Shown piece after piece: positions 49,393-63,910 of a DNA stretch of 64,000 bases (position 1 is the stretch's first letter; each line of letters begins with the position of its first letter). The position numbers and the translations under genes are program-made. Source of the DNA: Octopus vulgaris. Taxonomy: Eukaryota. The notes beneath the pieces are model-generated. The model worked only from the letters and a program-made list of their open reading frames with translations, ran no database searches and had not been told where the DNA came from. The stretch covers positions 117,552,001 through 117,616,000 of the forward strand of contig OX597823.1 in NCBI GenBank assembly GCA_951406725.2. The letters run 5' to 3'.

Positions 49393-50300
49393 ATAGGCAC
49401 GATGTGGCTGTGTGGTAAAAAGCTTTCTTCCCAACTGCATGGTTCTGGGTTCAATCCCACTGCGTGGATCCTTGGGCAAGTGTGTTCTACAATAGCCTCA
49501 GCCTTTTGAGTAGATTTGGTTGACAGAAACTGAAGGAAGTTGGTTGTGTGTGTGTGTGTGTGCTTGTCTCCCATCACCACTTGACAATCGGTGTTGGTGT
49601 GTTTACATCCCCATAACAGTGGTTTAGCAAAGGAGACCCATAGAATAAGTGCCATGCTTAAATAATTAAGTTCTGGGACCAATTCATTCAACTAAAAATC
49701 GTTCAGGACAGTACCCCAGCATCAGTGCAGTCTAATGATGGAAATAAATGAAAGGTAAGAGAAACAAATACAGGCACAGGTGTGTGGTGTATAGGCACAG
49801 GTGTGGTGTATAGGCACAGGTGTGTTGTATAGGCACAGGCTGTGTGGTAAGAAGTGTAGTTCTCTACCTCATGGTTCTGGGTTCAGTTCCACTGCATGGC
49901 ACTTTAGGCAAATGTCTTCTATAGTCCTAGGCTGACCAAAGCCTTGTGAGTGAATTCAGGAGACAGAAACTGAAAGAAGCCCACTGTGTGTGTATGTGTG
50001 TGTGTGTGTGCATGTGAGTGTGTGCATGTGTATGTGTGTGTACATGTGAGTGTGTGCATGTGTATGTGTGTGCGCACATGTGCATGTGAGCATGTGTCTG
50101 TGTGTTTGTCCCCCACTACTGCTTGACACCTACATTGGTTTGTTTAGATTTTATTTAACTTAGCAGTTCATCAAAGGAATCCAATAAAATATGTACCAGT
50201 CTTAAAAAAAAAAAATTAAGTGCTGAAAGCAATTTGTTTGTCTAAACCCTTCAAGGTAGTACCCCAGGATGGCTGCAGTCCAATGACTGAAACAAATACC
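49393..50300 (+). mobile_element. Two tandem SINE B copies; the second has a reiterated 5' end and an RTE-type tail
   Basis: Homology to 5750-6200. (TATAGGCACAGGTGTGGTG) repeats at 49768-49840. Confidence 0.8.
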
Positions 50301-52067
50301 CAAGTTAGCATGGAAGGCAGACATTAAACGGTGATGATGATGATGATGATGAAGTAAGAAAAAAAAGATTAAAAAAAAGATATAAAAAGATAAAATATAA
50401 ATTGTTCAAAGAGGCCGCATTAACATACATCTCGTTTAGCACTATACAGCATACAATGTCCTCAACCAAACAAAACAGATTGTTTGTTTCTATCCTCTGA
50501 AGAGAATATATAAAAATCTATCATAAACAACTTATCAAATTATATTATAGATCTTTCATAATTATTTTACAGCAATTTAATAGTATTATTAACTTGAATG
50601 TTAGTATGAATGTAAATATATTTTATTATTTAAAATTTTGCCATAATTTATGATCTTTTATTTTATTACTCAACGATAGAAAATTCTGAAACAAAAGTCA
50701 AAAGGTAATAAAACCAAATATAAATAAATCTGGGAAAATTACTTATATAAATAAATTTGAAGTGTGAGTGTATGCATGTATGTTTGTGTGTACGTATGTG
50801 TGTATTTATGTATGTATGTATGTGTATGTATATTTGTATGTATTTGTGTATCAGGTATTTACTTATGTGTAGGTTGAACGTGTAATTTTGTGTACGTCGG
50901 TGTGAAAGTGCACACGTGAGTAGGTGTATGTGTATGTTTGAACATGTGTATATTTATGTAGGTGTCAATGTGTGCCTGCGTTTATGTATATATGAAAGTG
51001 TGTGTGTATGTGTGTGTGTGTGTGTGTGCATGTATGCAGTGTGTGTTACAAGGTATGAAATTGTGTATGTGTGCATATGTAAGTCTCAATGTGTATGTAT
51101 GTATGTGCATGCAATATGTGGTACATGGGTATAAAAGTGTGTATGTTTACATATGTAAGTCTCAGAGTATATGTTTGTATGTATATGTATATGTGTGTGA
51201 GACTTTTTATAATATTATTATTCAACCAATTTGCTTTTAACTTAGAGTATTAGGAAGATTATTTTATAAAACGTGTTCCTTTTCAGTTGATTTATTGTGA
51301 TATTCTATTCAGGTGTATTTTTACAGATTTAATAACTTTCAGCAATTTTATGTGATTGTTAAATTATTGCTGTACTGATATAACATGATAAATATAACAT
51401 GTTTAAGGTATTACAGCTGTTAATAATACTCGCTGTAAAAATACGATAAAATCGTTTTTTTTTTATCTGAAAGTAGGAGGCAGGAATTCAGTGAAAGACT
51501 TGATATATTTAACACTTAAACCTGTAACAGAATCACAAAATCTGTTTTATGATTTAACAGAGGACTCGACTTAGCTGCCCAGTCTACTAGAAATAGCAGT
51601 TTGATTTATATCAAATAATATCCTTCTGTACAAACTTTTCACTGAGAAATTTAATTGCATGGTTAAAATTGGTATTTTCTGCAAGTCCCATTCTTCAATA
51701 AACTTAGCATATTTCATCAAAAAATAGCTTCAAACATGATATTCCTCACAAAAACAAAATAGACTGGTATATAAAACTGCTTTCCGCAGTTAAGGGTAAT
51801 GAAATTTTGAGTGGACTTATCTGCTATTTATAGTGAAAGGATTAATAAAGGAACACATTGGAGAATGTAGCTGGGGGTACAATTGAGTCAAGATGGTCAT
51901 GACTGGAATACCTTTGTTTAGTGTTGGCCTGAGGTTAAACAACACAACTAAGTTTCTTTCTTCACTAGTTTACATCCATTTTTATCTATGAATGGTTATA
52001 AAAGTTGGTAAAGGGCAAACCTTTGGAATAGCTTTCCCACATGAATTGAAATTTTTCCATTTATGCT

Positions 52068-52130
52068 GCAGCAGCAGTAGCAGTGGCGGTGGCGGTGGTG
52101 GTGGTGGCGGTGGTGGTGGTGGTGGTGGTG

Positions 52131-52197
<67 letters not shown>

Positions 52198-52206
52198 AGT
52201 AGTAGT
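52068..52206. repeat. (GCA)/(GGT)n/(AGT)n microsatellite
   Basis: Direct reading. Confidence 0.95.
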
Positions 52207-52604
52207 TAATGATAAAGCATCTTCAGAGACCAAATTGAAAGTGCTGAAAACTTTTTTACACTTCAAAAAGAATTTTGGAAGAATTAACCAATTGAACAAT
52301 AGCATCCCAAACACATTAGCAACAGGATAGTAATATCCTGTACACATTTGCACAAATCAAAACTTTATAAGACATTTTGATAAAAAAAAATTATATTTCA
52401 CATGCTTAATTAATTCTTTCTCGAAATAGTTTGAATGGTATTAATTTTATAAACAGAAAACAATATTATTTCATGCAATATGAATGAAATTGAATGGGGA
52501 AAAACTTCAAAAAGCCACATTTTGGACTTGTCTTTTCAATTATTAGTAGTGGTTATGAAGTAAGGTGGTGTGAAATGGTATTTTTCAGAAAGGAATTAAT
52601 AATC

Positions 52605-52812
52605 ATTTCTACTATAGACACAAGGCTTGAAATTTGGTGGGTGTGGGTAAGTCAATTACAATGCCCCCAGTACTCATTTGGTACTTATTTTACACAAGAG
52701 TGAAAGGCAAAGTTGACCGTGGAAGAATTTGAACTCAGAACATGAAGCCAAAAGAAAATGCTGCTAAGCATTTTGCCCAGAATGGTAATGATTCTGCCAG
52801 CTTGCTACCTTA
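52605..52812 (-). mobile_element. SINE family A variant
   Basis: Matches 60345-60555. Confidence 0.75.
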
Positions 52813-54199
52813 GAATGGAATCAATAATGTAATTTGAAATAAATCAGATCCAACCAAAAATTGAACTCAGTTTGTCACTCTATGGTGCTTTGTGCAGTAT
52901 TGTATATCATACCCCACTTCACTATTTGATAAAGTTTTGCACACAAACAGCATCTTTATGCAACATAGACACCTCATAGCAGACATCCACTATTTACACT
53001 CAGGAGAAATTGTACAACTTTCCATTGTTTGTGAATCGTATCATTGTGTAGACTGGACTAGTGAAAGCAGGGAAGTATCTTGGTTGCAGACAGTGCAGTG
53101 TTGATAAGAAATTAATCACTGTTATTCTGGTTCATGACCCAGTATACTATTCAACTAACTTTGTTGCTCACTTGAATGTGTAAAATAAATGAATATTGCG
53201 TGTGAGAGAATCCAACTAAGGTGTTTATAAATACGCACAAATGCTGATTGGATAAAGTGATAGCTGATGGACTTCTGCCATTTACAATGTTGACTGGAAT
53301 TAAACTGATGAAGAATCCAGAAATCTTTCGCCCAACTTTCTTTTTCTTTTACCTAAAATCAATTTCAGAAAACTGAAATGTAATTATCAGATCATTAAAC
53401 ATGTGATTGTCTGATTGTGGCATGAAGAATTTAATCGAATTTTCATTGGCTTTCCAGCATCTCATTATTTCAGTGAAGTTAGTTTGGTTTACAGTTGTGA
53501 AACCAATAGAATTAGCACAAGTGCAAACCAGTCCTCTCTCTGTCCAGTAAAGGAATGCTAACATTTGCTTTTACCATGTTGAAATGCCAATTCTAATGAC
53601 TAACGTCTCAATTCCATTGTTTAACCAAAGGAAAAACTCATTACAGCAGAAGGGTATTGAGGTGAATGTCCACTGTTTTTACAATGGAACGGTCAGTCAG
53701 AAAAGGGGGGAAATAAAAAATATTCTTTTTGCTTCTCTCTTTCTCTCTCTCTCTCTGTTAAATAATAAATGTAGAAAGTAACCTGTGTAAACTGTTCAAA
53801 TAGGAGTGAGTTGTCATGTTGTCATTGATAATATCAACCTCACCTCACTGGTTAATACAGTCCAAGTGGAACTGTGGTTTGGGAGAGAGCTGGTTAAATG
53901 TTTGCATGCAAGTCAGATGTTCCATAATTTCATCTGATTAAGGACCACACAGTCAACTGTGATGTGATTTGTTATACCCAATTTCTCTCTCTTCTTATTC
54001 ATACACATTCAACAAAGCATGCTTGCTTCTTTTTTTTTTTTCAATCCATGCAGTTACACACTCCACACACAAGCATCTAATTTTGAGGGATAAGTCCTTT
54101 GTTGCCAGCAAAGCTAAATAGCTCCTTAATCTTTCTCCATTCTTATTGTAGTTATCACAGCAACTTTTATCACACTTGCACTCAACCACTTCTAGTGAG

Positions 54200-55130
54200 C
54201 CATCTGGGCATATGAGAGAATCTATTTCCTGAGGATTCTTAGGCTTACTGCCTCAGTGCATCTCCTGCATTTGAAATCTACCTGCTCTGTTAGCCTGTAT
54301 TTAATAATCACACTACCTTTTGGTGTACATCGATTCCACCAGGTACACCTAATGGAAATTCTACCAACGTCTTTTCTGCATATAGAACACAACTATTTCT
54401 CTGATACTATAAAGGTCTTTACTAAAACTTTTGTTTTTACTAAATTTACTTTAAGGCCTTTTAATTCTAGATTTTCCTTCCATGCCTGGAATATCAGCTT
54501 TAAATCTTCAGTCAATTTGGCTATAAGAGCAAAATCATTAGCATACAGAATTTCTTGAAGGCAGCTGGTCTTAAATTATTCTGTTGTAGCTTGGAAAATT
54601 ATAAGGTGTGAGACTGAGAACTGAACCCTGATGTACCTCAACCTGCACACTAAATTCATCAGGGAATTCAAACTGGAATCTGGTGCAGCTCTCCAGCTTA
54701 CCAGTTCCAATCAAACCATCTAACCCATGCCAGCATGGAAAGCAGACATTAAAAGATGATGATCATTATCATCATGAATTCATTTTTGATTCCCATCTCT
54801 CTGACTGCCCTTCATACATAGCTAGTATAGCCCTATCCTGAAGCATGTATTACTCCTACAAACACTGACAAAAAATACAGCATTAATGGTGCCTCTTCCT
54901 AAGACAAAGTCAAACTGCACCTCACAGAGACCAATCTTGTCCCTAATCAGTTTTGTGAGACCTTTTCGGTAACTTTCATAACTTGGTCCAATAGTTTGAT
55001 TACTTCAGTAGTTATCTCCTTTTGGTGCATCACCCTTTCTCCTTTGCTGCAATTCTGTATTACTTGCTTTACCATTATTTCTCTTTGCCAGATATTTTAA
55101 GCATTTCAGTGATTATCTTTGATGGCCCAG
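54200..55130 (-). mobile_element. Degenerate RTE LINE reverse transcriptase fragment, interrupted by a family-D tail at ~54665-54775
   Basis: Minus strand VHQGSVLS (~54610-54640) and EILYANDFALIA (YADD-like, ~54520-54560). Confidence 0.75.
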
Positions 55131-55779
55131 TTCAGTTGCTTTCCCTACTTGTATATCTCTTATTACTCTATCTACCTTATAGTTATCAACTTGGATGGCT
55201 CGTCCCTCCATTACATTTTCATGGAGTAGGCACTCTCTCTATCCCTCTCTCTTTCTCTCAGACATTCCCCCATTCAGTAGCCTCCTGTAGAAACACTTAC
55301 ATGCCTCTTAAGAGCACCAGAAAGTGCACTGTTATCATTCTATACATACTTCTCTCCAACACATACACACACACACATATATAAACCCTGCACAGAGGTG
55401 AGGTGCCCAGTGGATTGTCAGTGTAGTTCCAAGGTCATGGTCTACAAGGAAAAGGTGGTGTCCACCAGTAATATCAGTGATAAGAGCAGCAACAACAGCT
55501 GCAGCAAAAACAATGCATCTATCAGTAACAGCAATGATAGCAGTGGTGACAACAACAACAACAACAACAACAGCACCAAACAGTAACCACAGCAATGGCA
55601 GTGAGGACAGCAGCAGCAGCAGCAGCAACGTTAAAAACGTGGAATTCCCTCGTTTTTTGGCCAGTGAACAGAAATCATGCATAAACACACAGCTCTCCTC
55701 ACCCATCTGTAGTACATGACCATACCAGTGCAAACGTATATCATTCCTACACCAGTTTCTCATAAGCAGCCCCAGACCA

Positions 55780-56180
55780 TTCAAAAGTACCTTGGATTGT
55801 TGGGTGACCTGCTGTGCTTGAAGAGAACTATTGAGTCAATTACATCAACATCAAAATGAAAATCAAATGGAAATTGTAGTTGTGATACCCGTGCTGGTGG
55901 CATGTAAAAGGCACCATCCAAACGTGGCCAATGCCAGCACCACCTTGACTGACTTCCGTGCCGGTGGCACATAAAAAGCACGAACCGATTGTGGCCGTTG
56001 CCAGCCTCCTCTGGCACCTGTGCTGGTAACAGTGGTTGGCATTAGGAAGGGCATCCAGCTGTAGAAACACTGCCAGATCAGACTGGAGCCTGATGCAACA
56101 TCCTGGCTTCCCAGACCCCAGTCAAACCGTCCAACCCATGCTAGCATGGAAAATGGACGTTAAACGATGATGATGATTAT
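55780..56180 (+). mobile_element. RTE LINE 3' end / RTE-tailed repeat, abutting an inverted RTE piece (55675-55780, LHWYGHVLQM)
   Basis: (GAT)n tail and GGTTGGCATTAGGAAGGGCATCCAGC motif. Confidence 0.8.
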
Positions 56181-56184
56181 GATA

Positions 56185-57452
56185 CAGGGTTTGGACAAAA
56201 TAATGGAAACACCTAGCATCCTAGCATCATAATTTTGAAATATCTATAAAACCATCAAAAGCTTGTTTATTTTTATGTTTTTTGATTTATTATTAGTGTT
56301 ACTTAATATGTTTTGCTAAAATTGCTTTTTCTTTTTAGATATCATCAGAAAAAGCTGATTAATATTCATTAAAATGACAGATCTATCGGACTTTCTAAGA
56401 GGTCAAATTGTTGGTGCTAGTATGACAGGTGCTAGCGTAATGAAAACGGCCAAAATGTTTGGTGGATCAAGAAGTACTGTCTCCAAAGTAATGACAGCCT
56501 TTGAGAAACAGGGAAAAACCTCTTCGTCAAAACAGAAGAGAACCAAAACTTTCAGATAGAGACCATCGAACTCTTACATGAATTGTTAGAAAGGATCACA
56601 AAAGTACAGCTCCCAAACTTACTGCAGAGCTTAATGACCACCTCAAGAACCCAGTTTCCACAAAAAACATTTGCTGGGAGCTGCACAAAGCCAAATTTCA
56701 TGACAGGGCTGCGATCAGAAAACCACTACTTTCAAAAACAAATATTGCAAAGCATTTAGTGTGGAGTAAAAACCTACAGAATTGGTCCCTAGAACAGTGG
56801 AAGAATGTTTTTTTCTCATTCAAGTCATTCTTTACCCTATTTCTGACCACCAGCCAAGTATACGTGTGGAGGCAGCCAAAAGAAGCACTTGACCCAGACT
56901 GCCTTCTTCCAACTGTTAAACATGGAGGAGGATCTGTGATGATCTGGGTGGGGGGGCTGTATCTTGGAAATCCACTGGCCCAATGGTTTCCCTTCATGGC
57001 AGAATTTATAGTCAAAACTATTTAAGCATTTTATCTGATCAACTTCATCCTATGGTTGCAGAACTGTTCCCGGAGGATAACACAATCTTTCATGATGATA
57101 ATGCACCAATTCACATAGCTAAAGTTGTTACTGAATGGCACAAGGAACATTCTAGTGAGGTTGAACATCTTATCTGGCCACCACAGTTCCCAGATCTTAA
57201 TATTATTGAACATTTATGGTGCATTTTAGAAAAACATGTAAGGAGTCGATATCCTTCACCATCATCACTACAAGAACTGGAGACTGTTTTAGTTGAAGAA
57301 TGGACAAAAATTCCTTTGGAAACAATTCAAACTTTGTATGAGTCCATACCTTGTAGAATTGAAGCTGTAATTATTGCCAAAGGTGGCCCTACCCCATATT
57401 AAAATATATTTGTTTGAAATTTTAAGGTGTTTCCATTATTTTGTCCAACCCT

Positions 57453-57454
<2 letters not shown>
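56185..57454 (+). mobile_element. Tc1 transposon, full length, degenerate transposase (~56374-57402)
   Basis: TIRs CAGGGTTTGGACAAAATAATGGAAACACC / GGTGTTTCCATTATTTTGTCCAACCCTTG. Motifs [43 protein letters not shown]. Confidence 0.95.
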
Positions 57455-57496
<42 letters not shown>

Positions 57497-57650
57497 TATA
57501 TATATATATATACACACATATATATATATACACTCATATATATATACACACTCATATATATATACACTCATATATATATATATACTCATATATATATATA
57601 TATACACTCATATATATATATATATACACTCATATATATATATATATACA

Positions 57651-57712
<62 letters not shown>
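57455..57712. repeat. (TA)n with periodic CACTC interruptions
   Basis: Direct reading. Confidence 0.93.
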
Positions 57713-57830
57713 CTAAAAGTAACATCCACCTCCTTTTTTCTTTCGAGGGCTTATACGCCCATTTATTAGACTATTTTCCTTAGTCATTGTACAGTGATCG
57801 TCACAATCTTTAAGCTTATATAAATGCCAT

Positions 57831-57865
<35 letters not shown>

Positions 57866-58644
57866 AATTAGAAAAAAAACACCTTTTTTATATATATATA
57901 TATGTATTTATATATATATATTATATTTTGTGAAATTTTATTTAGTATCTCTAAATTGAATAATATTCCATCATATTATATATATAGAGATAGATAGATA
58001 GAAAGATATATACATATATGTATACTTATACACACACGTATACATACAAACACATATATGTATGTACGTATGTTATATATACATGAGTGTGTGTAGATAG
58101 AAACATATCTAGATAGATATATTTTTTAGTGATTCACTGGGAAGTGATAAATTACAGGACTCCATATGCAAAAATATTCTTTAATATATTACACCTGAAA
58201 GGTTCTAAATTGCCAGTGTTCTGCTCATGCTTCTGCTCTTTCAGCTGGTAATTCAAGCCCATTTTTCCTTAAATTGTCTGGAGTTTTAATATAATTAGAA
58301 AGATGACAAAAAAAAAATCTATCAAGTAAATGCTCATTTTTATGTTTTTTTAAAGAATCGTGTGAGCCATTATGTATAAAAATAGTCATTTCAAGCTCAC
58401 ATTTTTCATTTCATTTCTGGCTCTCATGTGAATACTCAAAACCATTTTTAATCATTGCATTCAGGATTAAAATATCATACAAGCAAGGTCACACCTGTCC
58501 CCTCATGAAATTTCAATGATGTTTAACTAATTTTTTTAACGCCTTTGAAACTAACATTTTTTTTACTTTTGAACCCGATAAAAAAAATAGAAATCAAAGA
58601 GGCTGATACTTACACAAAAGATACTTAGCTTCATGCATACAGGA

Positions 58645-58998
58645 TACTCTTCCATTTTTTGGATTTGTGGTCATGCTGCAGCATCGCCTTTAGTCGAACA
58701 AATCGATCCCATTCTTTGTAAGTCTAGTACTTATTCTATCAGTCTCTTTTGCCGAACCGTTAAGTTACGGGGATGTAAACACACCAGTATCAGTTGTCAA
58801 GTGATGGTGGAGTGACAAACACAGACACACACATATATATATACGATGGTCTTCCGTCTACCAAATCCACTCACAAGTCTTTGGTTGGCCCGAGGCTATA
58901 GTAGAAGACACTTGCCCAAGGTGCCACGCAGTGGGACTGAACCCGGAACCATGTGGTTTGTAAGCAAGCTACTTACCACACAGCCACTCCTGTGCCTA
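58645..58998 (-). mobile_element. SINE family B
   Basis: Reverse copy with an intact head. Confidence 0.88.
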
Positions 58999-59780
58999 TT
59001 TGAAACAAAATTTTCAATTTGTTTGCTCATAGGTCACACTATACTTTTGATTTGAGGCCACCACTCCCGTAGGGATGTACATTATCTATAATCAACCAGG
59101 TAATTTTGAATCTATGCAGACTCAGGTGAGAACCATATATTATGCAGAATGCTCTCTGGAGTTATTTTTCCTTGGCCCTATTGTTGATACTCATAAATGA
59201 CAACACTACAGTTCCTCTATTTCTCTCTCAATATATATATCAGTCACTTTTCTATGAAGTGTTACTTACACCAGTTGATTTTTAAAATGTGATCCATTCT
59301 TATCTTCTTCTTTATGATGGCTAAGTTCAACAAAATTATAGGAGCAGTTCACAGCATCATAACCATATGCTAAGTCTCCTTTTCTAACACCATTCCCTAA
59401 GCTTTGATTAATTTACAATTGTACCTGGTAAGAAGGTTTTGTTATTCAAAACAGCAGAAGAGATGAATCTATCCAGAATGTGAAGTCAATAAAAAAAATA
59501 TTCTAAACCGTAGAATACCATCAACAACTTTAAACCTCTTCGGCTGCCAGTAGCTTCTGGGATGATTCCCTTCTTTTTACACTCAGTGTTTTAACTGAAA
59601 TATAACATATTCCTTCAGCAGTGAAGGGGTTCTTTTTTCTGTTTCAGGAATTAATGTTTCCCATTCATTTCACCATATTTTCTATCTGTGGATGACCATA
59701 AAACATTTTCAATGAATTCTCATTATCAAAGTTTTGGAGCAATATTTTAGCAACAGATGAACTACAATTTATAAATACCT

Positions 59781-59995
59781 ATTTCTTTACTACCCACAGA
59801 GAGGACAAACAAGGACAGACAAACGGATTAAGTTGATTATATTGACCCTAGTGCATAACTGGTACTTATTTGACCCCGAAAGGATGAAAGGCAAAGTCGA
59901 CCTCGGCGGAATTTGAACTCAGAACATAAAGACAGACGAAATACTGCTAAGCATTTCGCCTGGCATGCTAACGTTTCTGCCAGCTTGCCACCTTT
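59781..59995 (-). mobile_element. SINE family A with an ~18-bp TSD
   Basis: TACAATTTWTAAATACCT on both flanks. Confidence 0.9.
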
Positions 59996-60340
59996 ACAAT
60001 TTTTAAATACCTTTAAGTGAGTCATATTTTTTCATTTACTAAATCAATAGTTGGTAGGTAGCCACAAAATTCTGTTCCAGTCTACCCCATTTTCAACAAA
60101 CAGCAGAACGACAGGAGTAGAAAACTTTTAGTACCTGCAGCACCACCTGCACCATATGACTTTTCTTGAATTTTTATCAAAAATTTAAGTGACAATGTAT
60201 TCAATGATTTAATTGGTAAATTAAGAGCAGATAAATCTATTATCGTTAGAGTTGATAACCAGAATGATTTATCTTTCTTCTGTGCATGCAACTGATGTCT
60301 GACTTGGAGTTGTCAAATTTTTCAAGTAACTGAATATATT

Positions 60341-60555
60341 CTTTTCTATTCTAGGCACAAGGCCCGAAATTTTGGAGGAGGGGGCCAGTTGATTAGATCG
60401 AGCCCCAGTATACAACTGGTACTTAATTTACTGATACCGAAAGGATGTAAGACAAAATCAACCTCAGTGGAATTTGAGCTCAGAGCATAAAGACAGATGA
60501 AATGAGCTAAGCATTTCACCCAGCGTGCTAATGTTTCTGCCAGCTCACCACCTTA
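60341..60555 (-). mobile_element. SINE family A variant with an alternative tail
   Basis: Head and body as at 59830-59995; the tail differs. Confidence 0.8.
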
Positions 60556-60949
60556 GTGACTCAATATATTGCTTGAAGAATGGTTAGACATTTATTAATT
60601 ATGAAACAAAGTACTTGATGAGAAGGCTGTTGAGTAATTTTTGTTTCAGCTTTTTTTTTTTCCATTGAGTTTTGAGAGGCACTAATTTGCATGTGAACAA
60701 AAAGAAGCAGTTAACTCTGTTCCTCCATAAGTTAAAATTCATGCACACCTGTTTACATTGTTTCTGATGCAAGTAACTCAGCTTACCTGTAAATTTTGTA
60801 AGCTATAAAAAAAGGTTGGGGAAAAACAATTTTATTTGTGATGTTTTTTATCTCCATGTTTGGTATTAATTGCATTTAATTTACTAACATCTCTTTTCAT
60901 CATCTTCCCTGGTTGTTTAAAGTTATGTAATTAATTAAAAACCAATTAT

Positions 60950-62230
60950 GCCAACATAATTTTTAGCACAAATGACTATTTGCCTTAAAAAACAAAACTC
61001 TTTTCTATAATGCAGCCAACTTTTACAATAATCTGACTACAAAGAAAGACACTATAAGTATTTGATTAAACAAACCTATTAATCCTTTTCTGCTCAGTTA
61101 TTATGTGACTCAGCTTTTGATAGTAAACGTTTTCTGTAGGACACAGTTAAGGGAAGAACATAAGGAATTGACTTTTCCAATAAGTTTCAAGATAAATATC
61201 ATGAAATAGGACTCAAATTTTTACTAACATGATGTGTGTACATATGGTGCTCCATCTATGACGGGCAAGAATGAAAGATTTATTGCACAAAACAGAACTC
61301 TTAGATCCAAATGCACAGTTTTCTCATCCAATGCACAAATCTAGATATACTGCTTTCTTTTCATTGCATTTTTCATCAGTAAAATACTTGAGCCAAATCT
61401 GTCATTTTAAAGGACACTTTGTAAAAAGTTTTAAGTAGTGTGATCTATATTCAAGCAAATGCTAGAAGGCATCGCCAGGTCCAGCACAAAAGTGTGATGA
61501 TGAGATCCTTAGTATAGATTTATCTATCATACAAAAGTACATCAGTTATTGTATGGACAAGTATTAGTCATGATTTATCTTTGTGAGAGAAAACAATTGA
61601 CTTTTTTTATTCAAGAAAACAATCAGCCTTATCATCAGATACAAATTCTTTTAATCAAGATGTTACGTTTGTATGTGAGACAGTCAAAGCAAAATGAGTT
61701 CAGCAGTTTCAGTGTAAGGTAATAATTCTTCATATGATGAGGCAGCAAGTTGATATCAAATCCCAAATTACTGACTTGAAACTTTCAGAAGAATTCTTTC
61801 TACAGTTCACAAAAATAATTAATGAAAATGAAGAGTATAACTGTGAGACTTCAAAAAAATATCACTTTCAATCAAAGATTCAATGATCTTGTAAAGTATG
61901 ATATCACCATGACAATAGCTTTTCAGCCTTACTTTGCAGGTAGCAGAAAGTTACAAAAGGAGCTGATTATCTAAAGATACTATCCAGAAACTTTGATAGT
62001 AAGGAAGATTGCACTGAAATTTAGAAAAAGGTGATACCTTCAACTTCACAAACATGTTTGCTGATTTCATGCTTTACCACATCATATTGGTGAAAATCTT
62101 CATTCTCATATTTGACACATATCTAGAATTTATCGAGAACACTGATGAGGGAGTGTCTGAAGAACTAATTAAAACTTAAAATGCCCATGTTACAACCAGA
62201 TTTAATAATGCTGTCTCACCAGAAGTAATC
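60950..62230 (+). mobile_element. Highly degenerate hAT (Buster/Charlie-type) transposase relic
   Basis: VCT(Y)GAPSMTGKN at ~61235-61272 (TDGAxxM motif) and FHCIFHQ at ~61359-61379 (CxxH motif). Confidence 0.7.
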
Positions 62231-62669
62231 TCTCCCCTGCACCTTAGTCTATGGCTCCTTCCTTGTCCCCTTTCCCTCATATCTTCTGTCCATATTCATT
62301 CTTGTAAGGCAGGATAACCCTAGACCCCAGCTACCCAAACCACTCTACTCCCCTTGTCATTAACCCTTTTTCCTGCCATCTTCTCTCCTTCCAATTAATG
62401 ACTTCTACTGTCATTCTCTCCTCTTCCATCTTGTCACAACTATAAATCTGTTCCTTTCACCTCATTCATCCTTCCTTATCCAGAATCATCACTCACTCTC
62501 TTCTTCCTCAGTTACAAGGACCATTTTAGGCTTTTAACCATAACAATGAGGCAATGGTCACTTGTGCTGGTGCTACAAGAAGGCACCGAGTACACCGTGT
62601 AAAGTAGCTGGCATTAAGAAGAGCAGCAACCACCCACAGAAACCATGTCAAAACAGATGCTGGGATATA

Positions 62670-63235
62670 TTGGGTTGTCCGGAAAGTTTGTGCCGATTTA
62701 TAGTAGCTTACCTTTAGACTTATTTTAGAACATGGTTGAGTCCATGAAATAGGATTTGACTAGACCTCCATTTAGAGCACAGTTTAAGCTATCTTTTTGT
62801 GGAAGAAGCTTTATGTTCCTATAACCTGTGTTAATCCTGTAACCCTTTAAAATGGAAGATGAGAAAGTTCATTTTCAGCACTTGATGCTTTGGGAACCAG
62901 ACAAAAATTGCTGCAGCTCGGCTGGGATGTGTTACCCCACCCTCCATATTCACCAGATATTGCTCCTTCGGATTTCCACTTATTCAGGTCTCTGCAGAAT
63001 AGTCTTAATGGTAAAAATTTCAATTCCTTCAATTACGTAAAAAAATACCTTGATGAATTCTTTGCGATGAAACCACCTCAATTCTGGGAAGAGGGTATTT
63101 TCAAGTAAAAGGAAAGATGGAGACACATTGTGTAACAAAATGGTTCATATTTGGTTGTTTAAAAATGTAATGGCAAGTATTTATTGACCTTTCTATTTCC
63201 TTTAAAAATCGGCACAGACTTTCCGGACAACCCAA
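62670..63235 (+). mobile_element. Internally deleted mariner element
   Basis: TIRs TTGGGTTGTCCGGAAAGTTTGTGCCGATTT / AAATCGGCACAGACTTTCCGGACAACCCAA with TA flanks. MEDEKVHF.. is joined to GWDVLPHPPYSPDIAPSDFHLF. Confidence 0.93.
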
Positions 63236-63910
63236 TACAAATGCAACAACTTGGTGAAAATTTGTATCTGATGATAAGGTTGATTGTTTTCTTGAAAAGA
63301 CAACCAAACCATTAAACCTTTGCCAGTATGGATGCTGACAGTAAATGACGATGATGATGATGTAAGTGAATGAAAAATTTATCATAATATGCTGTGCTTT
63401 AGTTGTATGTTAGCTGGTTTAAAATTGCTGTGAAAAGAGTCACACTTATTGACAGCAGCCTGGGTGGTGGTGGTGGCAAGTTTAATGTACTCTTTAGTCT
63501 TCACACAAACAGTTTTCCTTCCACCCAAACAGTTTTCCATCCCTGCCTTAGCACTTCAAGTGAGCTAGCTGGTTAGAGCTCTTCCATTTCTATACTGACT
63601 ATTCTCATCAGTTAAATGTTTTATCATTGATCCATCTGATTCAGACGGGTGAATAATCAAAACCATACACTTGTAATATGCCCCTCTAGTTGTAGGCAAA
63701 TATTGATGAGACAAGAATAATGGTAAAGGAAAGTTGGAATGAAAATGAGCAATCAACCATTTACATTGAGAAATGGTAGAATGATTGTATACAGTTAGTA
63801 AAGATAAGATTCTCTTGGCTCAGCTGCAAGTCAGGTGAGACAAACAAACATGCAGGTGAGCCAATGCATAAAGACATTATTTGCTGATTGTTCGCTTTGA
63901 GAAGTAAATA

